From: Acidimicrobiia bacterium
GTDB taxonomy: Bacteria; Acidobacteriota; Vicinamibacteria; Vicinamibacterales; UBA2999
DNA: 58,942 nt
Reading direction: 5' to 3'
Assembly (NCBI GenBank): GCA_016871255.1
Contig: VFZH01000005.1
Location: 1-58,942 of the forward strand
Under the pieces are notes generated by a model. It was not told where the DNA came from and searched no databases. It saw nothing but the letters and a program-made list of their open reading frames with translations. The translations under genes were made by a program, and so were the position numbers. Of this stretch, positions 20,378 through 33,599 are shown piece by piece (within the stretch, counting starts at the first letter, position 1; each line of letters starts with the position of its first letter).

Positions 20378-20920
20378 CTACTCGGCCCCCTCCCCCTTCG
20401 ACATCGTCGCGAGGCGGGCCACGCCGACGAGCAGCGGCCCGGGCGCGAGGTCGGGGCAGGTCGTGGCGGGCGGAAGGGGTCCCAGCCGGCGCAACGTCCG
20501 CGCCACCTCGTCGAAGCCCAGGCGGTCCGCGACGCACGGCGCGGCGCGATCGATTCCCCGGGCGAACGTCGCGCCGGTGCCGAGCAGCATCAGGACGATC
20601 GCCCGTCGATCCGCCGCAGCCGCCCAGACGATCGGCGGCACGAAGACCTCCTCGCCACCGGTCAGCTGCGGGTCATGCACGGGGATGAGCGCGTTGGGGT
20701 CCTGCCCGCGGCGGACGAAGTCGAACGCGCCGCGCACGTCGTCGTTCGCGATCGCCTCACCGAGCGAGCCGTGGATGCGGTAGCCCGCCTGCGCGCGGGC
20801 CGGTGCGGCGAGGCGCCACGCCTCCACCGCCACGAGCGCGACGGTGACGAGCACCGCGGGGATGGCCAGCGCCCACGCCAGCGTCCGCTCGCGACCGGCT
20901 GCGACGACGGGCGCGGTCAT
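20378..20920 (-). CDS. Membrane-anchored hypothetical protein (possible ankyrin-like repeats)
   Basis: ATG at 20920 overlaps the upstream stop (ATGA). There is one N-terminal TM helix (LAWALAIPAVLVTVALVAV), followed by AA..G....V..LL..GA-type repeats. Confidence 0.55.
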   Translation of the reverse strand: MTAPVVAAGRERTLAWALAIPAVLVTVALVAVEAWRLAAPARAQAGYRIHGSLGEAIANDDVRGAFDFVRRGQDPNALIPVHDPQLTGGEEVFVPPIVWAAAADRRAIVLMLLGTGATFARGIDRAAPCVADRLGFDEVARTLRRLGPLPPATTCPDLAPGPLLVGVARLATMSKGEGAE

Positions 20921-22365
20921 TGCTGCGGCACTGGCGCCGCCAGCGTGCGCTGGACGACGTCCGGGTAGTTGGTGGGTCGAACCGCATCGGGCGACGTGCC
21001 CTGGCGCGACATGTGGTTCATGATGGCCAGGTACGTATGTCGTCCGGCGAACTCCTCGCGGCGGGGAGCGAGCTGCGTCAACCAGCCCCGCGTGTTGGTC
21101 TCCGACATCCGCCGCGTCCACTCGAGGGTGCCCACCGCCCGGACGTGCCAGGTCAATGCGAGCACCGCGAGGAAGGCACCGGTCAGCGCGAACCGCCGGC
21201 CCGCAGCTCCGCTGCCCTCCGCGGCCCTGGCCGCCACGTGTCGGAGTGCCTCGTAGGCGGCCAGCGCGTAGAAGATGGCGGCCATGCCGCCGAGCCGATC
21301 GCGCGAGTAGTGGTAGCTGAGCACTCCGCTCGCCAGGAGCGAGGCCACGAAGGCGATGGCCACGCGACCCTCCGGCGTCCAGCCGTCGCGGCCCAGCCCG
21401 GGACAGACGCGCCGGATCCACCACACGATCGTGCCCGTGAGCGAGATGGCTCCCACCAGGTACACGACCTCCCAGGGCTGCAGGCGCGAGTGCGCGACGT
21501 CGCGCGCGATGGCGAAGAGCCCCGCCGATGGCTCGCCGACGAGCACGTTGAGGATGGTGCCGAGCACGTTGTACGCGTACATCCAGTACGGAAACGCGCC
21601 GAAGCGCGCGAGCGCCTCGGACGGTTCGATGATGCGGAACCAGAGGCCCATCGACTGCTCGAAGACGGGCCAGTTCCCGCTGAAGGCCAGCCTGAATGCC
21701 AGGTAGGCCAGTGTGACCGCCACGTGCGCCGCCGTCACCCACGAGCTGGCTCCGGGTGCGCGCGTCCACCACGCCACGACCACCACCGGGGCGATGACGA
21801 GGCCCTGCTCCTTGTATCCGAGCGCGACGATCGTCAGGAGCAGGATGGCGAGGCCGCTCCAGCCGCGCGCCGGCCGCGTCAGCAGCATCCAGACGGCCAG
21901 CGTCGGCGGCATGGCGACGAGCGTCATCAGGAGGGGCACTTCGAGGTTGTCGCGGAACCCCGGCGAGCCGATGAGCACGGCGACGGCGCACCAGGCGACC
22001 GCGGCCTCGAGGAGGCTGCGCGGCCGCAGCTGCCAGATGAGCAACACGGCGAGGGCGAGCGGCGCCGCCACCTGGAGACCCTTGAACAGCGCCAGCGCGA
22101 CATCGAGCGATCCGCTGCCGTTCCAGAACCAGTACCACGTGGCGAAGTAGAGAGGCCGATACCAGGAGCGCAGTGTCGGGTCGAAGAACGACCCCGTGGT
22201 TCGCTGCACGTCCTCGAGCACGGCCACGGTCTCGTTCACCGGGTATGGCGTCAGCCAGATCGACGTCCCGAGCGCGGCAAGGAGCGGCGCGCAGGCCGCG
22301 AGCACTCCAATGGGCCACCACGTACGCCTCACGTGCGCACCGTGTTGGCAGGCAGCTGGACGCAC
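20917..22365 (-). CDS. Polytopic integral membrane protein (possibly a GT-C/ArnT-like glycosyltransferase)
   Basis: 482 aa with 10 or more hydrophobic segments and Trp/Tyr-rich loops. GTG start at 22365, or GTG at 22332. Confidence 0.6.
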   Translation of the reverse strand: MRPAACQHGAHVRRTWWPIGVLAACAPLLAALGTSIWLTPYPVNETVAVLEDVQRTTGSFFDPTLRSWYRPLYFATWYWFWNGSGSLDVALALFKGLQVAAPLALAVLLIWQLRPRSLLEAAVAWCAVAVLIGSPGFRDNLEVPLLMTLVAMPPTLAVWMLLTRPARGWSGLAILLLTIVALGYKEQGLVIAPVVVVAWWTRAPGASSWVTAAHVAVTLAYLAFRLAFSGNWPVFEQSMGLWFRIIEPSEALARFGAFPYWMYAYNVLGTILNVLVGEPSAGLFAIARDVAHSRLQPWEVVYLVGAISLTGTIVWWIRRVCPGLGRDGWTPEGRVAIAFVASLLASGVLSYHYSRDRLGGMAAIFYALAAYEALRHVAARAAEGSGAAGRRFALTGAFLAVLALTWHVRAVGTLEWTRRMSETNTRGWLTQLAPRREEFAGRHTYLAIMNHMSRQGTSPDAVRPTNYPDVVQRTLAAPVPQQ

Positions 22366-22492
22366 CAGCCGGAGACGATGGGCATCATCAGACCGGATTA
22401 TTCACGAGATCCGACGCAGGCGTCCTCACCGCGCCGTGCCGGCGCCGGCACGAGCGGGTTCCAGGAAACGGGACGGCCTGCGTGCGCCTGCG

Positions 22493-22522
22493 TTGACTGA
22501 TTGATATCCATGCATGTAGATT
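22493..22522 (+). promoter_or_regulatory. Candidate sigma70-type promoter of the SahR-like regulator (near-leaderless)
   Basis: TTGACT (22493-22498), 18-nt spacer, TAGATT (22517-22522). The predicted TSS is a few nt before ATG 22533. Confidence 0.4.
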
Positions 22523-22533
22523 CATGGATATCA
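22502..22533. promoter_or_regulatory. Perfect 11-bp inverted repeat, candidate autoregulatory operator
   Basis: TGATATCCATG (22502-22512), 10-nt spacer, CATGGATATCA (22523-22533). It overlaps the candidate -10 and both candidate start codons. Confidence 0.5.
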
Positions 22534-23531
22534 TGAAGCACGCCTCCGCCTTCTTCCGGCTGCTCGGCGATCCGACACGGCTCCGTCTGCTGCGGGTACT
22601 GGCCAGGGACCGCTTCAACGTCAGCGAGCTGACGGGCATCCTGGACCTGGCGCAGTCGGGGGTGTCCCGTCACCTGGGGCTGCTGAAAGAGGCCGGGCTG
22701 GTCGCGGAGGAGCGAGCCGGAGGCCACGCGTACTACCGCCTGGCCACGCCGGACGCGAACGGCCACGGCGCGGTCCGGCCGCTGCTCGAGGCCGAGTTCG
22801 GCGCCGCAGCGAACGACGGCGCGGTGCGCGCCGACGAGGCGCGGCTGCAGGAGGTCCTGCGGGTCCGCAAGGAGAACTTCGAGTCGCACGGCGAGGGCCG
22901 GCAGCTCGTGCCCGGCCGGAGCTGGGCGGCCTGGTCGCGCGCGCTCGGGCACCTGCTGCCGGCGCTCGACGTGGCCGATGTCGGGTGCGGCGAGGGGTAC
23001 CTGACCCTGGAGACCGCCCGCTGGGCGAAGGGCGTCGTTGGCATCGATCGCTCATCCGGCGTGCTGGCGCGCGCACGGGCGCTGGCCGCGCGGCGGCGGG
23101 TCTCGAACGTGCGGTGGAAGAAGGGAGACCTCGCGCATCTGCCGCTGCCGGATGCCGGCGTGGACGTGGTGCTGCTGTCGCAGGCGCTGCACCATGCGGC
23201 CCATCCGGCCCTCGCACTGGGCGAAGCCGCCCGCGTCCTCAGACCGGGCGGCCGCGTGCTGATCCTGGACCTGCGCCGGCACGCGGAAGGCTGGGTGCGC
23301 GACCGGCTCGGGGATCGGCGTCTGGGCTTCTCCGAACAGGAGCTCGTGGACCTCCTCGGCGAGGCGGGATTCGAGCGGCCCCGCATCACCACGGGGGCGC
23401 GCCACGCGGGCGACCCGTTTGTCGTCGTGATCGCCTCTGGCGTCAAGTCCCAGGTCCCGAATCCCGGATCCCAAGCCAAATCCCAACGCCCAGGTCCCAA
23501 AGGGCAGGCTCGGCTCCGCCGCAGGGCCTGA
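22524..23531 (+). CDS. ArsR-family HTH fused to a SAM-dependent methyltransferase-like domain (SahR-like regulator)
   Basis: N-terminus FFRLLGDPTRLRLLRVLARDRFNVSELTGILDLAQSGVSRHLGLLKEAGLV is an ArsR wHTH. The C-terminal part has VADVGCGEGYL (motif I) and VLRPGGRVLILD. It lies immediately upstream of metH. Alternative start ATG at 22533. Confidence 0.8.
   Translation: MDIMKHASAFFRLLGDPTRLRLLRVLARDRFNVSELTGILDLAQSGVSRHLGLLKEAGLVAEERAGGHAYYRLATPDANGHGAVRPLLEAEFGAAANDGAVRADEARLQEVLRVRKENFESHGEGRQLVPGRSWAAWSRALGHLLPALDVADVGCGEGYLTLETARWAKGVVGIDRSSGVLARARALAARRRVSNVRWKKGDLAHLPLPDAGVDVVLLSQALHHAAHPALALGEAARVLRPGGRVLILDLRRHAEGWVRDRLGDRRLGFSEQELVDLLGEAGFERPRITTGARHAGDPFVVVIASGVKSQVPNPGSQAKSQRPGPKGQARLRRRA
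23445..23503 (+). repeat. Family-B array (8 CCC tracts) inside the 3' end of the SahR-like ORF
   Basis: aagtcccaggtcccgaatcccggatcccaagccaaatcccaacgcccaggtcccaaaggg. Confidence 0.9.
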
Positions 23532-23537
23532 GCACCC

Positions 23538-23612
23538 CTCACCAGTCGCCAATCGTCAATCGTCAATCATCAATCGCCAATGCAATCGTCAATCCCCAAT
23601 CCCCAATCCCCA
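23538..23612 (+). repeat. Family-A array (CAATC orientation) with a CTCACCAGTCGCC head, ending at the metH ATG
   Basis: ctcaccagtcgccaatcgtcaatcgtcaatcatcaatcgccaatgcaatcgtcaatccccaatccccaatcccca, followed by ATG. Confidence 0.9.
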
Positions 23613-27311
<3,699 letters not shown>

Positions 27312-27314
27312 GCG

Positions 27315-27355
27315 CCCGGGCACGCCGCGGGCGACGGGTCGTGCCGGGTTTCTCT
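27315..27355 (+). terminator. Candidate intrinsic terminator after metH
   Basis: Stem CCCGGGCACG (27315-27324) / CGTGCCGGG (27340-27348) with one bulge, followed by TTTCTCT. Confidence 0.5.
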
Positions 27356-27398
27356 GGCGACGCCGCAGGACTGCGGCGGCAGGCAGGAGCGCGGGCGG

Positions 27399-30068
27399 CT
27401 ACCGCCAGGGCATCCAGACGGAGGTCTTGACGACGAAGTAGTGCGACCCGGGCGCCGTCAGCGAGTCCCAGAGGTCCCAGGCGCCAACCCGTGTACCCAG
27501 CGCCTCGGATAGCGATCGGTTCTGCTGCCACACGGCGTACAGCGTGCTGCCGGGCCGCCACTCCCAGGCGAGCACCAGGTTGCTCCTGAAGGAGTGCACG
27601 TTGAAGTCGTTGTTGCGCAGGGTGAACCGCGTCCCACCCTGGGTGACCATCCGGCTGCCGTCCGGCTGCACCTCGATCGCGGACCCCTCGGCCCCATAGA
27701 CGAGGCGCTCACGACTCCCCGGCTCCCGAAGTTCTCCGAAGTTCCGGTACCGGCCGCTGGCGGCGAACGGCTCGGCGTACAGGTCCAGCGTCATGTCGGG
27801 CCGGACGGTGAAGTTCAGCCGGACCCGCGCCACCCAGGTCGTGCGATCGATGCGCGCGAACACGTAGCGACGGCCGAAGGTCTCGCTCCGGCCGCTTCCG
27901 AGGGTAGCCACATACTGCTGTGGCTGGGCTTCGTCCGTGAACTCGGGCTCCAGCGAGAGCTGCCATCGCGGCGTGGGCCGGAACGACATCCCGCCGCTCA
28001 CGGTCGTCCGGAACCCTCCGTCCTCATCGCCGGCGCGGACGACCCTCCCGTTCCAGGTGGTCTGCGTCGCCGGAGCCCCGCGCTGCTGCACCGTGACCGT
28101 CCAGCCTCGCGGCGTGCCCATCAGCGGGCCGCCCCGGGTCAGGTAGGCATCCGTCCGCCGGACGTTGAACGCCGTCGTGATCTGCGTCGTCCAGAAGTTC
28201 AGCCACGTCAGCGTCGCCGACGGCTGGAAGGCACCCCGTTGGCGGTCACCCGCGTACGTCCAGCCGTTGGACTGGGCGAGACCGATGATGTAGCTCCGGA
28301 ACACTCGGCCCGGCTGCGTCTCCCGGTAGCGGAGTGAGAGGTTCAGCGCGATGCCGTCTCCACGCTGCAGGCGCCCGAGATCGTTGGGCTCGAAGCCCTG
28401 CGATTCCAGGTCGGACTCGGCGCTCCACAGCCAGTGCGTGCCACCGGTCCGCTCGAACAGGAACCCCGTCTTGTAGCCCGGCATGTCGGTCCGCGTGGGG
28501 TCGAGCCGGACGTGGTCCTGGTCCGGCCGCTGGAAGTAGTGGGCGCTGCTGCGCTGAACGCGTTCGACGGCGGCCGCCGTTCCGGCAATGCGGGAGAACC
28601 CGCCCCACAAGGCCAGCTGGTATTCGCCCCCGCGGAATCGCAGCAGCGTGTCGCCCGAGAGCGTGATGGCGTTCTTCACCACCAGGCTCGCCAGCGCGTC
28701 GTGCTCCTGGAGGTCCCGATGAACCCCGGTGAACATGACGCTGACCGTGGAACCGGCGGCACCGAATTGCTGCTGGAGGCGCGCCACGGTCTGCGTGGTC
28801 CGCGGGGCCACGCCGACGGACATCACGTCCGGGCGGCCACGGAACGCGACCTGCGCCGACTCGTCGTCGCTGACGGCGCCCAGGAACCCCAGGGACAGGC
28901 CTGACGGGAGCCGGCCGGTCAGCTTCGCGGCAGCCAGGATGGTGGTGGTTTCCGGGTAGTCGACGTAGTCTCCTGAAACGGCCGTGAGCGGCGGCGCGCC
29001 GATCCGCCGTGAGTAGAAGAAGCTGTTCTGGATGGCCGGGTTCAGCAGCGACGCGCCTTCGAGGAAGAACGTCCGCTTCTCCTGGAAGAACGTCTCGAAG
29101 GCGGTCAGGTTGACCTCGGCCGGATCGGCCTCGACCTGCCCGAAGTCGGGATTGAAGGTCGCGTCCAGCGTCAGGTTGGGGCCGATGCCCATCTTGAGGT
29201 CCGCACCGGCACGGCCGGCCAGATTCCGGCCGTCGTCGAAGGGGTTCGCCCGGTCGCGCGTCCCGTTCAGGGTACTGGCCCCGGCGACGTACGGCAGCAG
29301 TTCGACGCGGCGGCCCGGTCGAACACCGCTGATACCACGCAGGTCTCCGAATCTGGAGGCCCAGCCCTGCTCCGTCCGCGGCACAGGCACCCAGTAGTCC
29401 ATCTCGTTCGAGGCCGGCGTGAACCGCTGGATGTTCAGGCCCCACACCTGGTCAACAGCGTCGTTGAAACGGAGCTGCGAGAACGGGATCCACATCTCGG
29501 CCGTCCAGCCGGCCTCATCCACCCAGACCCGGGCCTCCCACACCGGGTCGAACAGGCTGTCGAACACGTTCTCGTCGTCGCGGCTGTAGTACCGATCCAG
29601 CCGGACACCCGACGCGGTGACGCCGAAGCCGTAGGCCGTCCGCCGATCGAAGTAGGTGTCGAACGACACCAGGACGTAGTCCGACTGCGCTGCGGTGGCG
29701 TCGCGCCGGCCAAGCGGCGCCTGCGGCGGACCTCCGTACATCCGTGCCGCCACGTAGAGGGCGTCATCGTCGTAGGCGAAACGGACTTCCGTCGGTGCGC
29801 GCGGCGGCGCCCCTTCGTCGGGCTCCTTCTGGACGAAATCGGTGAGGGGGGCGGCCTGGCTCCACGCTTCGTCGTCGAGACGTCCGTCCACGCGGATCGT
29901 GCCGGACGGCACCTGGACCGCGGCGGCCTGCTTGCGATCGTCGCGGATCGCCGGAACACCGGCCTCCTGGGCGTGAACGGAGGCGGGAACGGATCCGGAC
30001 AGGACGGCCGGCAGCGCAGCACACCCGATCCGGCACACGATCCGGAGCCACGGCCGGGTCACGGCCAT
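27399..30068 (-). CDS. Outer-membrane-type protein, CBM9-like N-terminal domain plus DUF5916-like beta-barrel region
   Basis: Signal peptide from ATG 30068 (MAVTRPWLRIVCRIGCAALPAVLSGSVPASVHAQ). IRVDGRLDDEAWSQAAPLTDFVQKEPDEG and NPDFGQVEADPAEVNLTAFETFFQEKRTFFLEG match my recollection of this family. Confidence 0.75.
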   Translation of the reverse strand: MAVTRPWLRIVCRIGCAALPAVLSGSVPASVHAQEAGVPAIRDDRKQAAAVQVPSGTIRVDGRLDDEAWSQAAPLTDFVQKEPDEGAPPRAPTEVRFAYDDDALYVAARMYGGPPQAPLGRRDATAAQSDYVLVSFDTYFDRRTAYGFGVTASGVRLDRYYSRDDENVFDSLFDPVWEARVWVDEAGWTAEMWIPFSQLRFNDAVDQVWGLNIQRFTPASNEMDYWVPVPRTEQGWASRFGDLRGISGVRPGRRVELLPYVAGASTLNGTRDRANPFDDGRNLAGRAGADLKMGIGPNLTLDATFNPDFGQVEADPAEVNLTAFETFFQEKRTFFLEGASLLNPAIQNSFFYSRRIGAPPLTAVSGDYVDYPETTTILAAAKLTGRLPSGLSLGFLGAVSDDESAQVAFRGRPDVMSVGVAPRTTQTVARLQQQFGAAGSTVSVMFTGVHRDLQEHDALASLVVKNAITLSGDTLLRFRGGEYQLALWGGFSRIAGTAAAVERVQRSSAHYFQRPDQDHVRLDPTRTDMPGYKTGFLFERTGGTHWLWSAESDLESQGFEPNDLGRLQRGDGIALNLSLRYRETQPGRVFRSYIIGLAQSNGWTYAGDRQRGAFQPSATLTWLNFWTTQITTAFNVRRTDAYLTRGGPLMGTPRGWTVTVQQRGAPATQTTWNGRVVRAGDEDGGFRTTVSGGMSFRPTPRWQLSLEPEFTDEAQPQQYVATLGSGRSETFGRRYVFARIDRTTWVARVRLNFTVRPDMTLDLYAEPFAASGRYRNFGELREPGSRERLVYGAEGSAIEVQPDGSRMVTQGGTRFTLRNNDFNVHSFRSNLVLAWEWRPGSTLYAVWQQNRSLSEALGTRVGAWDLWDSLTAPGSHYFVVKTSVWMPWR

Positions 30069-30351
30069 GGCTCGCCGACATCCGTGTCCGGCCGGAGCCG
30101 ATGGCCGGTTCGCGTGCGTCCCGTCATGTCGAGGGTCCGGCTCGCAGGTGTGGCGACGGACAGCGCCGGGACCTCGTTGATTCGGATGCCGCAAGGGAGC
30201 GAACGCATACCACGCCGTCGGAAGGGAGACGTGTCGTAACCTGTCGCAGCCTGGAGGTCGTTCGGCTCGAGACGATCGGCGTGTGGTTCAGTCCGGCCGG
30301 GCGTGGAACCAGGCTGTCTCACGGCCCTGGCTCCACGCTCGGGCATGCCCG

Positions 30352-33312
30352 TCAGAATTCGACCGACGTGCTCAGCTTCATGTAGCGCGCGGCCTGGATC
30401 ACCTGCGGCGTCAGGAAGAGAGGGCCGTAGGTGTAGTTGGCGCGCTGTACCGCGCTCGAGTTGAACACATTGTAGATGTCGAGCGCGCCCGAGATCCGCG
30501 CGCGACCCGTGCGGAACGCCTTCGACAGCCGCAGGTTGAGCTGCTGCGACGCGTCGTTGAACACCTCGCCCGGCGCCACGATCGGGATCGTGACCGTACC
30601 GGCCGCGCCCTGACTCAGGTTGCGGCCGAGCGACGGCGCGATCTGCGCGTTCGTGAACACCGAGGTCACCTGGAAGTTGGTGATGCCGCCCGTCACGTAC
30701 TGCCCCTGCAGCGGCGCGAGCCGCTGATACACCGGGCTCACCGTGATGTCCCACGCGAGCGGCACGACCGCGTACAGCTTGACGTTCGTGGCGAACGGCG
30801 GTTTCACGTTGCACTGGAACAGGTCCTGCGCCGAGTTGACGACGAAGCAGCGGTCGGTCTCCGAGCGCCCCGTGTTCGTGCCCCCGGCCACCTGCACCCC
30901 GCGCGGCAACCGCGCCGTGAACGAGACATCCACGCCGTTGTAGCGCTCGTACTGGTCCCCGAAGTTGTCCGCCATCCGGACCCGGTTGCGGACCTGCCCG
31001 AACCTCGACGGGTTCACGTTCGTGAGCCCGCATACCTGGTAGCCGCCGCCGTTCGGCAGCCGCGAGTCCACGGGCGCCGTCACGCAGTACGGATCGTAGT
31101 CCGCTGGCGTCGTCAGCTCGTTCTGCGTCACGCGAAAGTTGCCGTACCAGCGCCGGTGGTAGCCGGCCGTCAGCGAGAGCCAGGACATCAGCTCGTGCTG
31201 GATCGATACCGAGCTCGTCCAGTTGAAGGGCCGCACGCCGAAGCCGGCCAGGACGTCCGGATCCGACGTCGTGGCGTTCGGCACGCTCAGCCCGAAATTG
31301 CGGTTCGAGATCGCGCCGCAGGCGCCGTTGGCGTTCGGGTTGGTCAGATCGCAGTTGGGGAAGAAGCTCCCCTCGGCGTCCGTCCACGTGCGCCCGGTCA
31401 TGTTCAGCGTCCGCGTGACGCTGGCGACGAACGACTGCTGCGGCGACACGCCCACGGTGGTCACGAAGCGGTTCAGGCTCACCTTGAGCGCCGTACGGCT
31501 GTCGCCGAACAGGTCGTAGGCGACGCCCACGCGCGCGTTGAGGTCCTTGTAGTCCGGCACGCCCTGCTCCGCCGCGAAGTCGCGCGCGGGCGCGAACTGC
31601 ACGGCCTCCTGCCGGTCCGCCGGCACGCGCCCGTCGAAGGTGTCGTAGCGCAGGCCCAGGTTCAGGGTCAGCCGGCGTACGGTCCACTGGTCCTGGACGA
31701 ACAGCCCGATCGTCCGGCTCTCGCGCGGCGTCGTGAACGGCGTCGCGTACTGCGTGAGCGAGATCGGCACGCCGTTGCGGAGCGACACGGCGATGTTGCC
31801 CTGCACGGTCGTCATGCCGCCGGTCGTCGCCCGTCCGATCTGCGCGCCCGCCTTCACGTTGTGCGACCCGGTCACGTAGGACACGGTCGGGGTGTACCCG
31901 AAATTGCGGAAACGCGACGTGCCGTAGGAGATTGCCCCGCTCCCGAGCGTCGAATTCGCACGGAGCATCATGCCGGTGGTGGTCTCGAGCGCCGAGATCG
32001 TGTCGGGCGCGATGTAGGACTGCGGCCTGGCGTGGAACGTCGTGTAGCCGTACGACGCCCGGTTCTCGATCAGCAGTCGCGAGGACATCGGGACTTTCCA
32101 GGTGCCCGCCACCAGGCTGTTCGGCTCGTACGGCGTGAACGTCGTCCCTTCGGGAGAGTGGCCGAACTCGATCGCGCGGTTGTAGACGATCTGCGGCTGG
32201 TGGTCGATGAACGCGGCGACCTTGTGTTTCGGCGTCACCTGCCACGTGAGCCGGGCGCTCAGGTTCTCGTTCTGCACCTTGTTCTCGGCCGGCGTGGACC
32301 GATCGGGCTGGTACGTCCAGCTCCGGTAGTTCTGGCTCTTGAACGTGCCGGCGATCGTCTGGTTGATGATCGAGTTGCGATAGGAGAGGAACGTCCACGC
32401 CCGGTCGCGCAGGATCGGTCCCCCGAAGGCGACGTTCGCGTCCCACTGCTCGATGATCTCGCTGACGTTGGGCGCCCCCTGGGCCCTCAGCTCGTCGGTC
32501 AGGTTGTCCGACTGCATGCCGCCCGGCGCCACGTCGGCGTACCCCTCGACCGCCGGCTGGTTCCCCCCCTCCTTGGGGATGACGTTCATCACCACGCCGC
32601 CGAAGATCTGCTCGGCGCTGCCGCTCTCCAGGACCACGTTCACTTCCTGGACGTACGCCTGGTTGATCCGCATGTTCTGGCCGCCAGACCCGCCGCCGAC
32701 GCGGTTCTGTGTCGAGACGCCGTCGACCATGCTGATCGCCTCGCCGATGCGGCCGCCGTAGGCGGCGATGTTGAACTGGTCCTTGTTGCTGCCGAGCGCG
32801 TCCTGGAGCGTGACGCTCGTGACCGCGGGCGCCAGCGCCGCGAACTGGTGCGGCGATCGCAGGGCGGGAAGCGCCTCGACGACCTCTCTGGAGAAGAGCT
32901 GCTGCGAGACGACACTCCGGACGTCCACCGTGGGCGCTTCGCCGGTGACGGTGACCGATTCCTCGATGGCGCCCACGGACAGCGTCACGTTGACCGTCGC
33001 GGTGAACGACGCCTGGAGCTGAATCCCCTCGCGTCGCACCGTCGAGAACCCGGGCAGCGTGAAGGTGACCAGGTAGGTGCCGGGACGCAGGTCGTCGATG
33101 CGGTACAGCCCCTGGTCGTCGGTCAGCGCCACGCGGACCTTCTCAATCAGCACGGGGCTGGACGCCTCGACGGTCACGCCCGGCAGGACCGCACCGGTCG
33201 TGTCCCTGACCACGCCGCCGATGCCGCTCTGCGCGTGCGCAGGCGCCCACGCGCCCAGCACACACGCCAACACGCCGAGGTAGACGATGCACACGCGGAA
33301 CCCTGCCGTCAT
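30352..33312 (-). CDS. TonB-dependent receptor with CarboxypepD_reg-like N-terminal domain
   Basis: 986 aa with a signal peptide. GVVRDTTGAVLPGVTVEASSP...LRPGTYLVTFTLPGFSTVRREG. The C-terminal residue is Phe after a beta-barrel-type sequence. SD is GAAGGAGAAGGG. Confidence 0.9.
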   Translation of the reverse strand: MTAGFRVCIVYLGVLACVLGAWAPAHAQSGIGGVVRDTTGAVLPGVTVEASSPVLIEKVRVALTDDQGLYRIDDLRPGTYLVTFTLPGFSTVRREGIQLQASFTATVNVTLSVGAIEESVTVTGEAPTVDVRSVVSQQLFSREVVEALPALRSPHQFAALAPAVTSVTLQDALGSNKDQFNIAAYGGRIGEAISMVDGVSTQNRVGGGSGGQNMRINQAYVQEVNVVLESGSAEQIFGGVVMNVIPKEGGNQPAVEGYADVAPGGMQSDNLTDELRAQGAPNVSEIIEQWDANVAFGGPILRDRAWTFLSYRNSIINQTIAGTFKSQNYRSWTYQPDRSTPAENKVQNENLSARLTWQVTPKHKVAAFIDHQPQIVYNRAIEFGHSPEGTTFTPYEPNSLVAGTWKVPMSSRLLIENRASYGYTTFHARPQSYIAPDTISALETTTGMMLRANSTLGSGAISYGTSRFRNFGYTPTVSYVTGSHNVKAGAQIGRATTGGMTTVQGNIAVSLRNGVPISLTQYATPFTTPRESRTIGLFVQDQWTVRRLTLNLGLRYDTFDGRVPADRQEAVQFAPARDFAAEQGVPDYKDLNARVGVAYDLFGDSRTALKVSLNRFVTTVGVSPQQSFVASVTRTLNMTGRTWTDAEGSFFPNCDLTNPNANGACGAISNRNFGLSVPNATTSDPDVLAGFGVRPFNWTSSVSIQHELMSWLSLTAGYHRRWYGNFRVTQNELTTPADYDPYCVTAPVDSRLPNGGGYQVCGLTNVNPSRFGQVRNRVRMADNFGDQYERYNGVDVSFTARLPRGVQVAGGTNTGRSETDRCFVVNSAQDLFQCNVKPPFATNVKLYAVVPLAWDITVSPVYQRLAPLQGQYVTGGITNFQVTSVFTNAQIAPSLGRNLSQGAAGTVTIPIVAPGEVFNDASQQLNLRLSKAFRTGRARISGALDIYNVFNSSAVQRANYTYGPLFLTPQVIQAARYMKLSTSVEF

Positions 33313-33599
33313 GGCCCTTCTCCTTCAAGGTGGCACTGCCCGGACGTCTGGCCGGTTCCGCTCGCCGGCCGCCACACGGCGACCGCCGTCATCGGGTCCG
33401 CTCCAGGGGGCGACGTGCGAGTCAGAACATACACTACCTCCACTCTACGGCAGAGGCAGCCGTTCGTCGCAAGTTGTCGCAGCCCCCCCGCCGGATCGCG
33501 TTTGATGGCACCCTGTCCAGGCAGGGTGGCCGGCGGGCGTTCTGTGTCAGAATGCCGCGCGCGACGTTCGCCCACCGGGTTCAGGGAGATTCCTGAGAC

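Noticed and set aside
23532-23612. A cobalamin or SAM riboswitch upstream of metH.
   Set aside because: The gap is only 81 nt and is made up of a GC-rich spacer followed by the family-A array. That leaves no room for a riboswitch aptamer of about 100-200 nt.
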